64,000 nt of DNA from Deltaproteobacteria bacterium. Lineage in GTDB: Bacteria > Desulfobacterota > Binatia > UBA9968. The DNA lies in the NCBI GenBank assembly GCA_005879605.1, contig VBKE01000001.1, positions 53,067 through 117,066 on the forward strand. The letters run 5' to 3'. Shown one piece after another: positions 9,686 to 20,355 of the stretch. Position 1 is the first letter of the stretch; each line of letters opens with the position of its first letter. The translations under genes and the position numbers were made by a program. The notes beneath the pieces are model-generated. The model searched no databases, was not told where the DNA came from, and worked only from the letters and a program-made list of their open reading frames with translations.

Positions 9686-10269
9686 ATGAAGACCAGAACG
9701 TTTCGTAGCTTTGCTCTCCTGTTTGCATTAGTCGCATTCACCGGCTGCTCCGCTACGGAAAAGATTGTCAGTCAATGGAGCAACCCCGCTTACGCTTCGC
9801 TTTCCTTTAAAAGGATCATAGTGATTGGAGTAAGTGGGCAGACCAGCATCCGGCGCAACTTCGAAGACCTGTTCGTGGCTCAACTTAAAGCTGCCGGCTA
9901 CGGTGCGGTGCCTAGCTATCGATATGTAGCGGAAGACGAAAAATTCGAGCAAGCGAAGCTTAAACAGACGGCGCAAGCGGCTGGCGCCGATGGGGCCATA
10001 GTGACGCGACTCGCGCACGTCGAACATAGGACGGAGGTTAGTCCTGTTGGAGTTCCTTCGCTTGGTATGGCCTGTACGAGCCGCCGCGTTTTTACGGATA
10101 TGAGGTGTATACCTCAGAGACGACGCTCTACGATGTGGCTAAAAACGAGCTGGTTTGGGCCGGCACTATCAGGACTTCGGAGCCGGACGACGTTAATAAA
10201 GCAATCAAAGGCTACGTGGAGACGGTCATAAAAGCGCTCAACGAAAAAAATCTCCTCAGAAAAGGATAG
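9686..10269 (+). pseudogene. Frameshifted lipoprotein (DUF4136-like)
   Basis: AFTGC lipobox and FKRIIVIGVS...RRNFEDLF...ADGAIVTRL. At ~10045 the coherent sequence continues in another frame (WYGLYEPPRFYGYEVYTSETTLYDVAKNELVWAGTIRTS...KNLLRKG*, TAG 10267-10269). Confidence 0.75.
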
Positions 10270-10370
10270 CCTCTTCAAAAATAGGCGTGCCGCTAAGTGA
10301 TAAGCGAGGCTGCGGCGCGGTTGCGCCGGCAATCTCTCAATGGCAGATTGCTGAGCGAAAGGAGGGCACC

Positions 10371-10829
10371 ATGAACGACAAAGGCAAAAAAAAGGCGCGC
10401 GCGTTGGGTATCAACCATGTGGTTTTGGAAGTGGGGGATTTGGAAGCCGCGCTGGAATTTTACGGCGCGATCTTTGATTTTAAACTTCGCGGCAAAAGCG
10501 ACCACAATGCTTTTATCGATCTCGGCGATCAGTTCATCCAATTGAGCCTCGGCAGGACCCAGGAGGCAGACGACAAGCGCCATTTCGGTTTTGTCGTAGA
10601 TGACAGGGAGCCGGTACGCCGAGCGCTGATACAATTGGGAGTTGAGACACTGGATCGGCGGCTCAATTTTCGCGACCCGTGGGGCAACCGAATCGAGGTG
10701 GTTTCCTACGATGACATCCAGTTCACTAAAGCATCGCACGTGCTCAAAGGGATGGGCGTCGGCGCTATCGAAAAAACCTCCAACGCCATTGAAGAACTTA
10801 AGAAGAAGGGTATGGCGCCGGAAAGGTGA
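10371..10829 (+). CDS. VOC (glyoxalase/bleomycin resistance) family protein
   Basis: GINHVVLEVGDLEAALEFY, RHFGFVVDD, FRDPWGNRIEVV; AGGAGG RBS before ATG 10371. Confidence 0.88.
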   Translation: MNDKGKKKARALGINHVVLEVGDLEAALEFYGAIFDFKLRGKSDHNAFIDLGDQFIQLSLGRTQEADDKRHFGFVVDDREPVRRALIQLGVETLDRRLNFRDPWGNRIEVVSYDDIQFTKASHVLKGMGVGAIEKTSNAIEELKKKGMAPER

Positions 10830-10846
10830 GTGACGTGGCATTTACC

Positions 10847-11080
10847 ATGAGTTTCTGTCATCACACAACGCTCGAACTACTGCCGGAGAAGCAAAAGAAA
10901 TTTCGTTGCCGACACTGCCATTTGACCCTCGACGGCGAAGAGCTGGGCGACGGCTGTTGTCCGGAATGTTTCGAGCGATCCGGCGCGAAGCACTATGAGT
11001 TCGAGGAGATGGAACCGATAAACGAAGAAGGCGCCCGGTACAGATGCGAAGAGTGCGGTGCGATCGTCAAAAGTGCATAA
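10847..11080 (+). CDS. Small Cys-rich putative zinc-ribbon protein
   Basis: Three CxxC motifs (CRHC, CPEC, CEEC) plus N-terminal CHH in 77 aa; alternative GTG 10826 overlaps the VOC stop. Confidence 0.7.
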   Translation: MSFCHHTTLELLPEKQKKFRCRHCHLTLDGEELGDGCCPECFERSGAKHYEFEEMEPINEEGARYRCEECGAIVKSA

Positions 11081-11300
11081 CAGGCCCATAACCGTTCGGA
11101 GTGGCGGGAAGATAAGCGGGTATTGAGCCAATATTTCCACTAATAGGAGCCTAGGCGGCGCCGCTCATCGTCTGCATGCGCAGACGCCTGAGGCTATCTT
11201 CGGGCCCCAAGAGATCGGCGCTTACGGCCTGGCTCGATGTGAGAAGAGCGGCGCTATGGTCGCGGCGGGACTCGCCCACGGCATTTTTAATCGGATTTTC

Positions 11301-12671
11301 CTACCGGATAAGCCGCGCACGAGGCAGGGCCATGTAGATGGTGATCATGGACAGCGCGCCAACGACGCCCATTGACGCCAACGCCCATTGCGCTCCAACG
11401 AATGATGATAGCGCGCCGATAAGCATGCTCCCTACGGTCATTACGACCTGACTCATATGAAAGAGAGCCATGGTTCGGCCGCGAAATGCGGCAGGAGAGT
11501 AGAACTGAATAACCGTTTGGACGAGGGCATGAGCATGGACGTGGCAAAGGCCGACGATACCCATTAGCACCAGCGAAAGCTGGAACCACGGCGATATCGA
11601 GAATGCCACGACGATAACTCCGTAAAGCGTCACGCCGCCGAGCATGAGCATGCCTCTGGGTAAGCGGTCTCCGACCGAAGCGATGAGAACGGAACTGCAC
11701 AGTGCCCCTACTCCCATGGAAGTTAAAAGCAAACCCTGGCCAGTGGCGCCCACTCCGAGGATGTCCCGCGCAAACACGGGTAAGAGCGTCGTGAACGGGA
11801 CAATGAAGAAAGACGCAAACATAACGATGAGAAGACTCGTGCGAACGGCCTCATTCCTCCAGCTGAATTTCCATCCTTCGATAATGCTCTGCCCGAAGGA
11901 TTCTTTATGACCGGATTCGCCGTGAGAACCAGCCGAGGCGCGTCGCCCGGACCGAAGCCGCATCGTCCAAAGGGTTGCCAAAAAGAAAAAAACCGCTTGA
12001 ACCAAATACGCGCCGCCAGTGCCGGAGATGGCGATGAGAAAGCCCGCCAGCGCCGGGCCGGTGCTGCGCGCGACATTGAAAATAACGGCGTTAAGGCCAA
12101 TCGCGTTTGTCAGATGACTGGGCGGGACGGCATCCGCGATCATCGCAGCACGCGCCGGCTGCTGAAAAACCTGCGCAACTGCCATCAGGAAACCAGTCAC
12201 GTAGACGTGCCAGGGCTCGATCTCGTCTATATAAATCAGCAGCGCCGTCGCTGCATAGACCAACCCGTTCACGACTTGGGCCACCACCATCTGCATCTTC
12301 CGCGAATACCGGTCCGCAGTGCTGCCGGCGACCGGGGACAATAAGAGAAATGGTATGGCTTGAATTCCACGTACCAGGCCGAGTTGAAGCGCTGAGTCGG
12401 TCAGTTCGTAAATGAGCCAGCCGCGTGTGACCTGATCCATCCACGTCCCCATGGACGCGAAGACCTGACCGTACCAGATCAAACGGTAATCGCGATACCG
12501 GAGCGCCTCGAAAGCGCGGAGTTGGAGGAGCGCATGGAGGGGATGCCAAGATCGGGTAGCAACCTCGCTGTCGGCGTTTTCCGCAGTCGGCGCGTCAGGC
12601 TCTTCTTTCGGAATCGGCGGTGAACGCAGAGGAGTCTCCATAGCTGGCCGATGGAGACTCTCTTGCTCCAT
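11301..12671 (-). CDS. MFS transporter (MFS_3/EntS-like)
   Basis: ALRYRDYRLIWYGQ, GSTADRYSR motif A, QPARAAMI..NAIGLN..FNVARSTGPALAG; many TM helices. Confidence 0.9.
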   Translation of the reverse strand: MEQESLHRPAMETPLRSPPIPKEEPDAPTAENADSEVATRSWHPLHALLQLRAFEALRYRDYRLIWYGQVFASMGTWMDQVTRGWLIYELTDSALQLGLVRGIQAIPFLLLSPVAGSTADRYSRKMQMVVAQVVNGLVYAATALLIYIDEIEPWHVYVTGFLMAVAQVFQQPARAAMIADAVPPSHLTNAIGLNAVIFNVARSTGPALAGFLIAISGTGGAYLVQAVFFFLATLWTMRLRSGRRASAGSHGESGHKESFGQSIIEGWKFSWRNEAVRTSLLIVMFASFFIVPFTTLLPVFARDILGVGATGQGLLLTSMGVGALCSSVLIASVGDRLPRGMLMLGGVTLYGVIVVAFSISPWFQLSLVLMGIVGLCHVHAHALVQTVIQFYSPAAFRGRTMALFHMSQVVMTVGSMLIGALSSFVGAQWALASMGVVGALSMITIYMALPRARLIR

Positions 12672-12763
12672 GTTTCCAGCAAGATCGGGGATAGCGAAGG
12701 CTATAACATGGCTTAAGGGATGGCGTCCAGGTACTTAGGGTGACATATGTTTTTCATTCCATG

Positions 12764-14026
12764 CTACCGCGCACTTTTTGTGCTGACGCGCCAGACTTTA
12801 CCGGCCGCGTCATCTGCAACGAGCAAAGAACCATCGGTCCAGACCGCGACCCCGACGGGCCGTCCGTATACTTCCTTAGTTTTTTCGTTGGCGATGAATC
12901 CGGTGAGAAAATCTTCCATGGCGCCGGCAGGCCTGCCGTTTACAAACGGCACAAAAGCTACTTTGTAACCGACCAGATTCGATCGGTTCCATGAGCCGTG
13001 CATGCCGATGAAAGCACCAGTGTGATAATGTTGCGGGAACTGGCTGCCTCGGTAAAAGGCCAAGCCCAACGCCGCGACGTGAGAACCGAGCGCGTAGTCC
13101 GGCTTGATAGCCTTGGCGACAAGATCCGGCCGCTGACCCTTTTTGCGTGGATCTTGGTTCTGTCCAAAGTAGGAATAAGGCCAGCCATAAAATGCCCCTT
13201 CCCGTATTCTCGTGAGATAATCCGGAACCAACTCATCGCCGAGCAAGTCGCGCTCGTTGACGACAGCCCATAAAGCCTTCGTCTGCGGCTCCCAGTCCAT
13301 GCCGACAGGGTTGCGCAGGCCGCTGGCAAAGACGCGCATACCGGTTCCGTCAAGATTTGCTTCCAAAATCGCTGCTCGTCTCGGGTCTTTTTCGTCGATT
13401 CTTTCTTCGTCGACATTCGTAGCCGAGCCGACGCTGACGAAGAGTTTTTGCCCGGCGGGATCGACGACGACGTTGCGTGTGTAGTGGCCGCCCCCGGGCA
13501 AGTCCAGTACTTTCTCGGCTTTGCGCGTGATTTGAGTTTCGCCTGCGCGGTAAGGAAATATCACGACGGCATCAGTATTGCCGACGTAAAACCGATTGCT
13601 GATTAACGCCATACCGAAGGCGCCCTTCAGGCCCTCGCGAAAAACTTCTCGGCGATCCGGCACGCCGTTCTTGTGGGAATCGCGCAACAAAATCACGCGG
13701 CTGCCGGATTGGCGAAGCGATTCCATAACCAAGACGTCGCCATTAGGCAACACAAAAATCGACCGTGGATTGTCGAAGGCGTCGGCGAAAAGGCTGACTT
13801 CAAAACCGGCCGGCGCAACCGGAGTTTTGCCTTTGGGCCAGCCGATTATTGCGGGCGGACTGGCGACGGGCTTGGTCGCAAAAGGCGGTGGCAAAACGAG
13901 GCTTTCCACAGGGCCGGTTTCGATCACGCGTCGACCGTTCTGGCCACGGGCCTGCCTGGTAACCGCTAACGTTACGGCTAATGCTAGAAGCAAGCAGCAT
14001 GTGCATGCCCCGCGATGTGTCGACAT
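12764..14026 (-). CDS. PQQ-dependent glucose/sorbosone dehydrogenase family protein
   Basis: Signal peptide; GFEVSLFA, FASGLRNPVGM, NERDLLGDELVPDY, FYGWPY, HGSWNRS, GRPVGV motifs. Confidence 0.9.
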   Translation of the reverse strand: MSTHRGACTCCLLLALAVTLAVTRQARGQNGRRVIETGPVESLVLPPPFATKPVASPPAIIGWPKGKTPVAPAGFEVSLFADAFDNPRSIFVLPNGDVLVMESLRQSGSRVILLRDSHKNGVPDRREVFREGLKGAFGMALISNRFYVGNTDAVVIFPYRAGETQITRKAEKVLDLPGGGHYTRNVVVDPAGQKLFVSVGSATNVDEERIDEKDPRRAAILEANLDGTGMRVFASGLRNPVGMDWEPQTKALWAVVNERDLLGDELVPDYLTRIREGAFYGWPYSYFGQNQDPRKKGQRPDLVAKAIKPDYALGSHVAALGLAFYRGSQFPQHYHTGAFIGMHGSWNRSNLVGYKVAFVPFVNGRPAGAMEDFLTGFIANEKTKEVYGRPVGVAVWTDGSLLVADDAAGKVWRVSTKSAR

Positions 14027-14313
14027 GGGGTTCTCCCTTGTTATACAAATCGTCGTTGCGAAACGGAATCAATCTCTGTGGAACTGAGAATATCATATCC
14101 CTCGCATCCGCCGTTAGCAGACGCATAGTTGGCGGCGGGCGGTTTTGCTTGTCAGCGCGTTGCGAATATATATGTCAATTGAATCACAGGCTGGCTTGGA
14201 GAAAAAGGCAGAGTCTCTATTCAGCTGTCAGAAGAGTGGTCTGTTAACAGTGAATTCTCTTAACTCTGTCGGCACAACCTGTGTGGAAAGGATCGTGGAA
14301 AACAAACGTTGGC

Positions 14314-14349
14314 AAAAATAAACCCGGCGCCCCATTTGGAGGCGCCGGG
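14314..14349 (-). terminator. Rho-independent terminator of the 14403-14717 gene
   Basis: CCCGGCGCC / GGCGCCGGG stem (14323-14349) followed by TTTATTTTT on the minus strand. Confidence 0.75.
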
Positions 14350-14402
14350 CTCTCATCTGTCGCAAAGTCCCGATTACGAGACCATTTTATGATACAAGCA
14401 GG

Positions 14403-14810
<408 letters not shown>

Positions 14811-15200
14811 TTATTTCCGTATTTTTTACCTACCCTCACATCAAATCTATCGTGGAAAAGTATTGAATTAAACATAGTCGCCTGAGTGCGCAAGAACGAG
14901 GCCATTGGAATTTACAACTCGGATAAACAAAGCCCATGGCGTGATGGTCTGCGTTCGTCGTTTTTGCAACATTACTTCTCTAGTGCGAATTTTGCCCGCA
15001 GCGTCGCAAAAGAAAGCGAGAAAATACAACCTGTCGCTTTTTTTGAACACTCTATAAGCAAACTGACTGTTTTTTCCTAATCAGATTTGACCATTGCCGA
15101 ATAGCGAAGCCTTTAGAAGACCGCCAACAGCTAGGATATTATCGAAATGAGGCAAAATAATCATCGCTTACGGGCAATGTCTAATGCCTTTGTGCAGCTG

Positions 15201-15216
15201 TGGCATGGGGCTTGCT
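15201..15216 (+). promoter_or_regulatory. Putative sigma54 (-24/-12) promoter upstream of the HtrA protease
   Basis: TGGCAT-GGGGC-TTGCT matches TGGCAC-N5-TTGCW with exact spacing, ~200 bp upstream of ATG 15414. Confidence 0.6.
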
Positions 15217-15413
15217 CAATTCAGCATTTGCACGATCAAGAGATCTTCCGCAGGCTTCGCTGGCATAAGGCTGACATAACACAGAGCGCGTGCGCACGTA
15301 TAAAATTAAATCAACTAACCATGGGAAGCTCAGACGCGCGCAGCTTTGTAGAAACAATTCTCGCCGACGCGAGAATAAAAGCTCGTAGGTCATTTTTATT
15401 GGAGGGAGAAGAG

Positions 15414-16622
15414 ATGATGCACAAAATTGAAATGCCTTTTATGACCTTACTTTTGGTAGCGGTGACGACCGTTGGGTGTTCCAATAGCAAGGCGGACAGT
15501 TTTTCAAGCACTTTCAGCAGTGTACCCACGTCCAATGCTCCGGACTTTGTAATGTTGGCGAAGAAACTCCAACCCCTAGTGGTCAATATTTCAACGATGC
15601 AAGCATCACGACAAATACCGCAAGTACCACGGGGGCCGGGCTTTGGGACTCCGCCCGATGAGCAAGGAGGTCCCGATGAGCAAAGAGATCCTCCGGATGA
15701 GCAAAGAGATCCTATGGAGGATTTTTTACGGAAGCATTTTCAACAACGGGGGCCTTCGAGTGCGGTTCCGCAGAGAAATCTTGGCTCGGGTTTCATCATT
15801 GGATCGGATGGCTCGATTTTGACGAACGCTCATCTCATCGAGAATGCCAAGAAAATCACCGTAAAGCTCTCCGATAAGAGGGAGTTCGAAGCCAAAGTTT
15901 TAGGGAAGGATCAGAAAACCGACATTGCGGTGATCAAGATCGATACGAAGGAGAATTTGCCGAAGGTCCAACTGGGGAACTCGGACCGTCTTGAAGTGGG
16001 AGAATGGGTGATGGCCGTCGGTAATCCGTTCGGTCTCGAGAGCAGCGTTACCTCCGGCATTGTCAGCGCTAAAGGACGGCATATTGGCGCGGGCCCTTAT
16101 GATGATTTCATTCAGACCGACGCGTCGGTTAATCCCGGAAATTCAGGTGGACCGTTGGTGAACGGACGCGGTGAAGTCGTGGGAATCAACGTCGCGATTG
16201 TCAGTCAGACTGGAGCTAATGTCGGGATAGCATTTGCAATGCCGATCAATTTGGTGAAAGAGCTTCTGCCGCAGCTCCAAACTAAAGGCACGGTAACGAG
16301 AGGTTGGGCCGGGCTCGCTATTCAAGAGGTCACTCCGGACATCGCCCAAGCTTTCGGTTTGGCAAAACCCGGTGGAGCGCTCGTCGCCGGCATAGTTAAG
16401 GGCGGACCGGCGGAACGAGGCGGGATAAAGGTTGGCGATATCGTCACCGAATACGACGGTCGGCAGGTCAAGGATGCCAATGAGTTCCCGTTGATGGTTG
16501 CGCGCACCCCCGTAAACAAGGACGTCCGCATGAAGGTTTTTAGAGAAAAGAAAGAGATTGCCATGACGATGACTATCGGCGAATTGAAGGATACGCAAAA
16601 CGGCGGAGCGGGCAAGGGATAA
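15414..16622 (+). CDS. HtrA/DegP (Do) family serine protease with a single PDZ domain, probable lipoprotein
   Basis: GSGFII, TNAH, TDIA, GNSGG triad motifs, [11 protein letters not shown]; VGC lipobox; GGAGGG RBS before ATG 15414/15417. Confidence 0.92.
   Translation: MMHKIEMPFMTLLLVAVTTVGCSNSKADSFSSTFSSVPTSNAPDFVMLAKKLQPLVVNISTMQASRQIPQVPRGPGFGTPPDEQGGPDEQRDPPDEQRDPMEDFLRKHFQQRGPSSAVPQRNLGSGFIIGSDGSILTNAHLIENAKKITVKLSDKREFEAKVLGKDQKTDIAVIKIDTKENLPKVQLGNSDRLEVGEWVMAVGNPFGLESSVTSGIVSAKGRHIGAGPYDDFIQTDASVNPGNSGGPLVNGRGEVVGINVAIVSQTGANVGIAFAMPINLVKELLPQLQTKGTVTRGWAGLAIQEVTPDIAQAFGLAKPGGALVAGIVKGGPAERGGIKVGDIVTEYDGRQVKDANEFPLMVARTPVNKDVRMKVFREKKEIAMTMTIGELKDTQNGGAGKG
15651..15713 (+). repeat. 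Coding tandem repeat (PDEQ) in HtrA
   Basis: GATGAGCAA three times and GATGAGCAAAGAGATCCT twice, encoding [21 protein letters not shown]. Confidence 0.8.
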
Positions 16623-17011
16623 ACGAATCTTTTTTGATAGAGCAGGCGCAGTCAGTTATTCACAGCCTACGATGTTTGTAGTCGAAAAAGGGCGATCAGA
16701 TGCTACTTCAAACTGGTCGCCCTGAGCTCTGCAGAAAAACAGATCCCCGCCAATCTTCTTGCCTGCCTCCGTCGTCTTAAGTTTAATTAATTAGACCGCA
16801 ACACCGGTTTAATCCTTCCGCAAAACAATTTACCAACGTATCTGCTGTGTTGTCGCGCTGCGCGTGCAACCAGCGAAACACGCTACCTATCGTTCGCCGT
16901 TAATTGCTTTTTCTTCTCAGGTAGATAGCGAGCAGGCGCCCTCTCTTTTGCAGCCTCCTTGCCGATGCGGTAAAAGATAAGGCAGCACATCACGAGGCTT
17001 TATGAAGAAGA

Positions 17012-17152
17012 TTGGAGGCGGGGATGCCGGCAACGCAAATCTTGGAGGAGGCGGAAAAGGAACGAAGTGATTTGATCGTCATGTCGACCCACGGTAGAAC
17101 CGGCCTTGCCCACGTTCTGTGCTTGGCAGAACATGAAGATCGAAGACGATAA
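17012..17152 (+). pseudogene. Universal stress protein (UspA) C-terminal remnant
   Basis: LEAGMPATQILEEAEKERSDLIVMSTHGRTGLAHVL is the classic USP motif; in-frame stop at 17003; N-terminus and the GSVAE tail are missing. Confidence 0.75.
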
Positions 17153-17256
17153 ATTTCTCCTTCCGAGTTCCAGGCGGTGAGCGCGAGTCGTTTGCCTTTA
17201 TCTTCCATGCTATAGCTGACTTCAGATCCCAAGAGATAAAGAAAAGGGAGGATACG

Positions 17257-17565
17257 ATGATCGTTGTGTCGAACCGAATAAAGGTGGCAGAGGGGCATGA
17301 AAAGGAATTCGAGGCGCGTTTCGAGGGAAGGGCGCGGCTCGTTGAACACATGCCGGGTTTCATCCGCCTGGAAATCCTCCGTCCGCTCAAAAGTGATTAC
17401 TACGTGGTCCTGACCCACTGGCAAGATGAGGCGTCATTTGGCGCCTGGACCGATAGCGCGGAATTTAAAGAAGCCCACAGGAATCGGCCGCGTGCGGAGA
17501 TCTTTGCCGGCCCCAATGTTTTCGAGATGCACGAGGTGATCCAGCGAGCTGAAAAGAACGGTTAG
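17257..17565 (+). CDS. Antibiotic biosynthesis monooxygenase family protein (IsdG/HmoA-like)
   Basis: MIVVSNRIKV, FEARF, MPGFIRLEILRP, YVVLTHW, WTDSAEFKEAH; GGAGG RBS. Confidence 0.88.
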   Translation: MIVVSNRIKVAEGHEKEFEARFEGRARLVEHMPGFIRLEILRPLKSDYYVVLTHWQDEASFGAWTDSAEFKEAHRNRPRAEIFAGPNVFEMHEVIQRAEKNG

Positions 17566-17621
17566 TGGGCAATGTCGGCGTCTGCGTCGTATTTTTCGCC
17601 GCACACCGAGAGGAGGGTTAT

Positions 17622-19148
17622 ATGAAGTCGGCCAAAATCAAGTTCCTATTCTTTTCGGCCCTGGCTCTTGTCGGTTTCGGTACCTCCGTCCATCGGGTTT
17701 ACGCCGAGACGCGTATCTCGATCGGCGTAACGGAGACTATGGAGACATTCAATCCATATGCGGACAGCGTCTCTCTCATGTACAGCGTCTGGTGCCAGGT
17801 TTTAGGTTGTCTCGGCACCTACGACTTCGATAAGGGGCAGCATGTTGGATTGTTGGTTGAGCGTTGGGAGGTCAGGGATCCGAAAAACTGGATTTTTTAC
17901 CTGCGGAAGAACAACAGATTTCATGACGGTTCTCCGGTGACCGCGGACGACGTTGTCCATTCGATCTGGCGAACTCGAAATGACCCGCTCAGTAAGCAAA
18001 GGCAGAACATCTCCGCCATCGCGAGTGAAGCGGCACTGGATAAATACACCGTCAGGATCACGACCAAAGAGCCCACTGCGCCGTTGCTCGACTATCTTTT
18101 CGACCGCGTCATCGTCACGAGTAAAGCCATCTATGACAAGTACGGTCCCGATGTTGCGGACCGCCAGCATCCGGTTGGCGCCGGGCCCTATAAGTTCAGA
18201 GAGCTGATTCCCGGCCAACGCCTTGTTATTGGCAAAGACCCGAGCCACCCGATGATCCAGCAGTACCCGCTGGCGCCGGACGAAATCGTTTTCCGGATCA
18301 TGCGCGAGCCCGAGCAGCGAGTCACGGCGTTGTTAAACAACGAGATTCAAATCGCGCAATTCGTGCCGCCTCACTTACGGGAGCGGGTCGAAAAAAGCCC
18401 CAACCACAAGATCATTATGTTTCACACGGCGGAGATCATGTTTTTGGCGATGATGCCCAAGTTCAAGCCGTGGGATAACAAATTACTACGCCAAGCGGTT
18501 GCCTATGCCATCGATCGTGACACCATCATTCGCACGTTGCTCAGGGGAGAGGCGTCGCGGCTCGACGGTCCTATCGGTGTCGGACAATACGGCTACGATC
18601 CGAACTTGCAGCCCAAGTACGCCTACAATCCCGAAAAGGCGCGCGAGCTGGTCAAACAAGCGGGTTTTCCCAACGGCGTCGACGTAGAGCTCTCCACGCC
18701 GGTCGGCCGATATACGCTGGATAAGCAGATTACGGAGGCCATGGTGCCGATGCTCAATGCCGTGGGCATAAGAACAAAACTGCTTACGCCGGAATGGGCC
18801 ACGCTTTAAGCCAATGTCCAAGTGGGCAAGGTGCCGTTTTATTACATGGGTCGTGGCGGGGTCGTGGACCCGAGCGCCGCACTGTCGCAGTATTTCGAAA
18901 CCGGCGGCTCGCCGCGTATCGGTTACTCCAATCCGAAGCTGGATGAACTCCTCTCGGCGGAGCGTCAGACCTTCGATCCAGTCAAACGCAAAAAGATCCT
19001 GTCACAAGCGATGAGTTTGATTACGGAAGAAGCTCCCGCCCATTTTCTCTGGCGTCACCAACTCTTGTTCGGAATGACGAAGAATGTCGACTACCGACCG
19101 CTGCCGAGCGAGCGCATCTATGCTTGGAACATCAAAGTGCGGAAGTAG
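17622..19148 (+). pseudogene. ABC transporter substrate-binding protein (SBP family 5) interrupted by an in-frame TAA
   Basis: Signal peptide; FHDGSPVTADDV, PVGAGPYKF, LRQAVAYAIDR, YNPEKARELVKQAG. TAA at 18807-18809, then the same frame continues (ANVQVGKVPFYY...YSNPKLDELL...) to 19148. Confidence 0.85.
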
Positions 19149-19285
19149 GAGTTTCAGATTTCAAGCCCGAGTTCGTTGTGTGCGTTGACCCCCGGGTCGC
19201 CATTCGGTACGAAACACGCTATGCTTTTGCGCAATATCGGTTACGATACACGCAAACTATCCGTCTCTTGGAAGGAGCGCTTTGA

Positions 19286-20302
19286 ATGGTCAGAGTTGGA
19301 TACGCATTAGGCTACGGTAAGTTTACCAATGCCAAGGAAATGGCCGATGTCATGCGGCAGGCGGAGGAGCGCGGTTTTGAGATGGCTTTTTTTTCCGAGA
19401 CCATCGAGCTGATGCGCGATTCGGTGAGCTCGCTGGCAGCCATCGGACTGGCGACGAAGAATCTTAGACTCGGATCGACGCAGATCGTTCGTTTGCGCGG
19501 GCCGGTTATGATGGCGCAATCGCTGGCGACTTTGGATGAGCTCACCGGCGGTCGGATGACCCTCGCCCCGGGAGCGTGCACGAAGAGTCACGCGCGCGTG
19601 CACGCGCTGCCCGCAGACGTGGGCGCGACGCCGACTGAGGTGCTTCGCGAGTACATTGAATCCATGCGGCTACTGTTGACCGGCGAAAAAGTCTCTTACC
19701 ATGGCAAGTTCGTAAATTTTGACAACGTCGGTCTCGGCTGGAAACCGATTCGCGCCCATATCCCTCTTTATGTGCCCGCCACGGCGACCGTCGGGCTTCG
19801 GCTCGCCGGCGAGATTGGCGACGGCGTCGTACTCAATGCCGTGTGCTCGCCGGAATATACCGTCAACGCCCTTAAAATTATCAAGGAGTCGGCAGAAAAA
19901 GCCGGACGGGATTTCTCCAAGCTCGAAGTCGCACAAATCATCAACTGCTCCGTCGAAGATGACCACACCAAGGCTCTGGACGCCGTTCGGTGGGAAGTGG
20001 CCACCAAACTCGATCCGGTGCAGATTTCCTTTATCGCCGGTCCGAAGATGCGGGTTGGCGAACCGTACATCAGGAAAGAAGACATCCCGCTTTTCGAGAA
20101 AGCTCACGCTCAGGGCGGTATGGAAGGGCTCATCAAGGCGATTCCAGACTCCTATGTCGAGGGAATGACTGCCAGCGGCACACCGGAAGAGGTGAAAAAA
20201 CGCGTTCAGCAGTACCGCGATGCCGGTGTCAAAATTCCGCTCTTGCGGCCCGCCGCTGCCCATCAGACGCAGCGGCTTCTGGATCTTTTCGCGCAGCGGT
20301 AA
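19286..20302 (+). CDS. LLM class flavin/F420-dependent oxidoreductase (Mer-like)
   Basis: AEERGFE..FFSE, LATLDELTGGR, LRLAGEIGDGVVLN, GTPEEVKKRVQQY; GGAAGGAG RBS. Confidence 0.9.
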   Translation: MVRVGYALGYGKFTNAKEMADVMRQAEERGFEMAFFSETIELMRDSVSSLAAIGLATKNLRLGSTQIVRLRGPVMMAQSLATLDELTGGRMTLAPGACTKSHARVHALPADVGATPTEVLREYIESMRLLLTGEKVSYHGKFVNFDNVGLGWKPIRAHIPLYVPATATVGLRLAGEIGDGVVLNAVCSPEYTVNALKIIKESAEKAGRDFSKLEVAQIINCSVEDDHTKALDAVRWEVATKLDPVQISFIAGPKMRVGEPYIRKEDIPLFEKAHAQGGMEGLIKAIPDSYVEGMTASGTPEEVKKRVQQYRDAGVKIPLLRPAAAHQTQRLLDLFAQR

Positions 20303-20355
20303 GACTGCGTCCGAGTTTGAACGCTAGACCCGAGACCCGGAACCCGAGACTCCTT

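Noticed and set aside
15147-15413. Upstream extension of HtrA
   Set aside because: Runs through the putative sigma54 promoter; RBS and signal peptide begin at 15414
18807-18809. Selenocysteine, pyrrolysine or alternative genetic code explanation for the in-frame stop
   Set aside because: The codon is TAA, and all three stop codons terminate intact genes normally in this window
19990-20355. Long N-terminal extension of hydantoinase A
   Set aside because: Overlaps the LLM gene and a repeat; the family motif starts at ATG 20356
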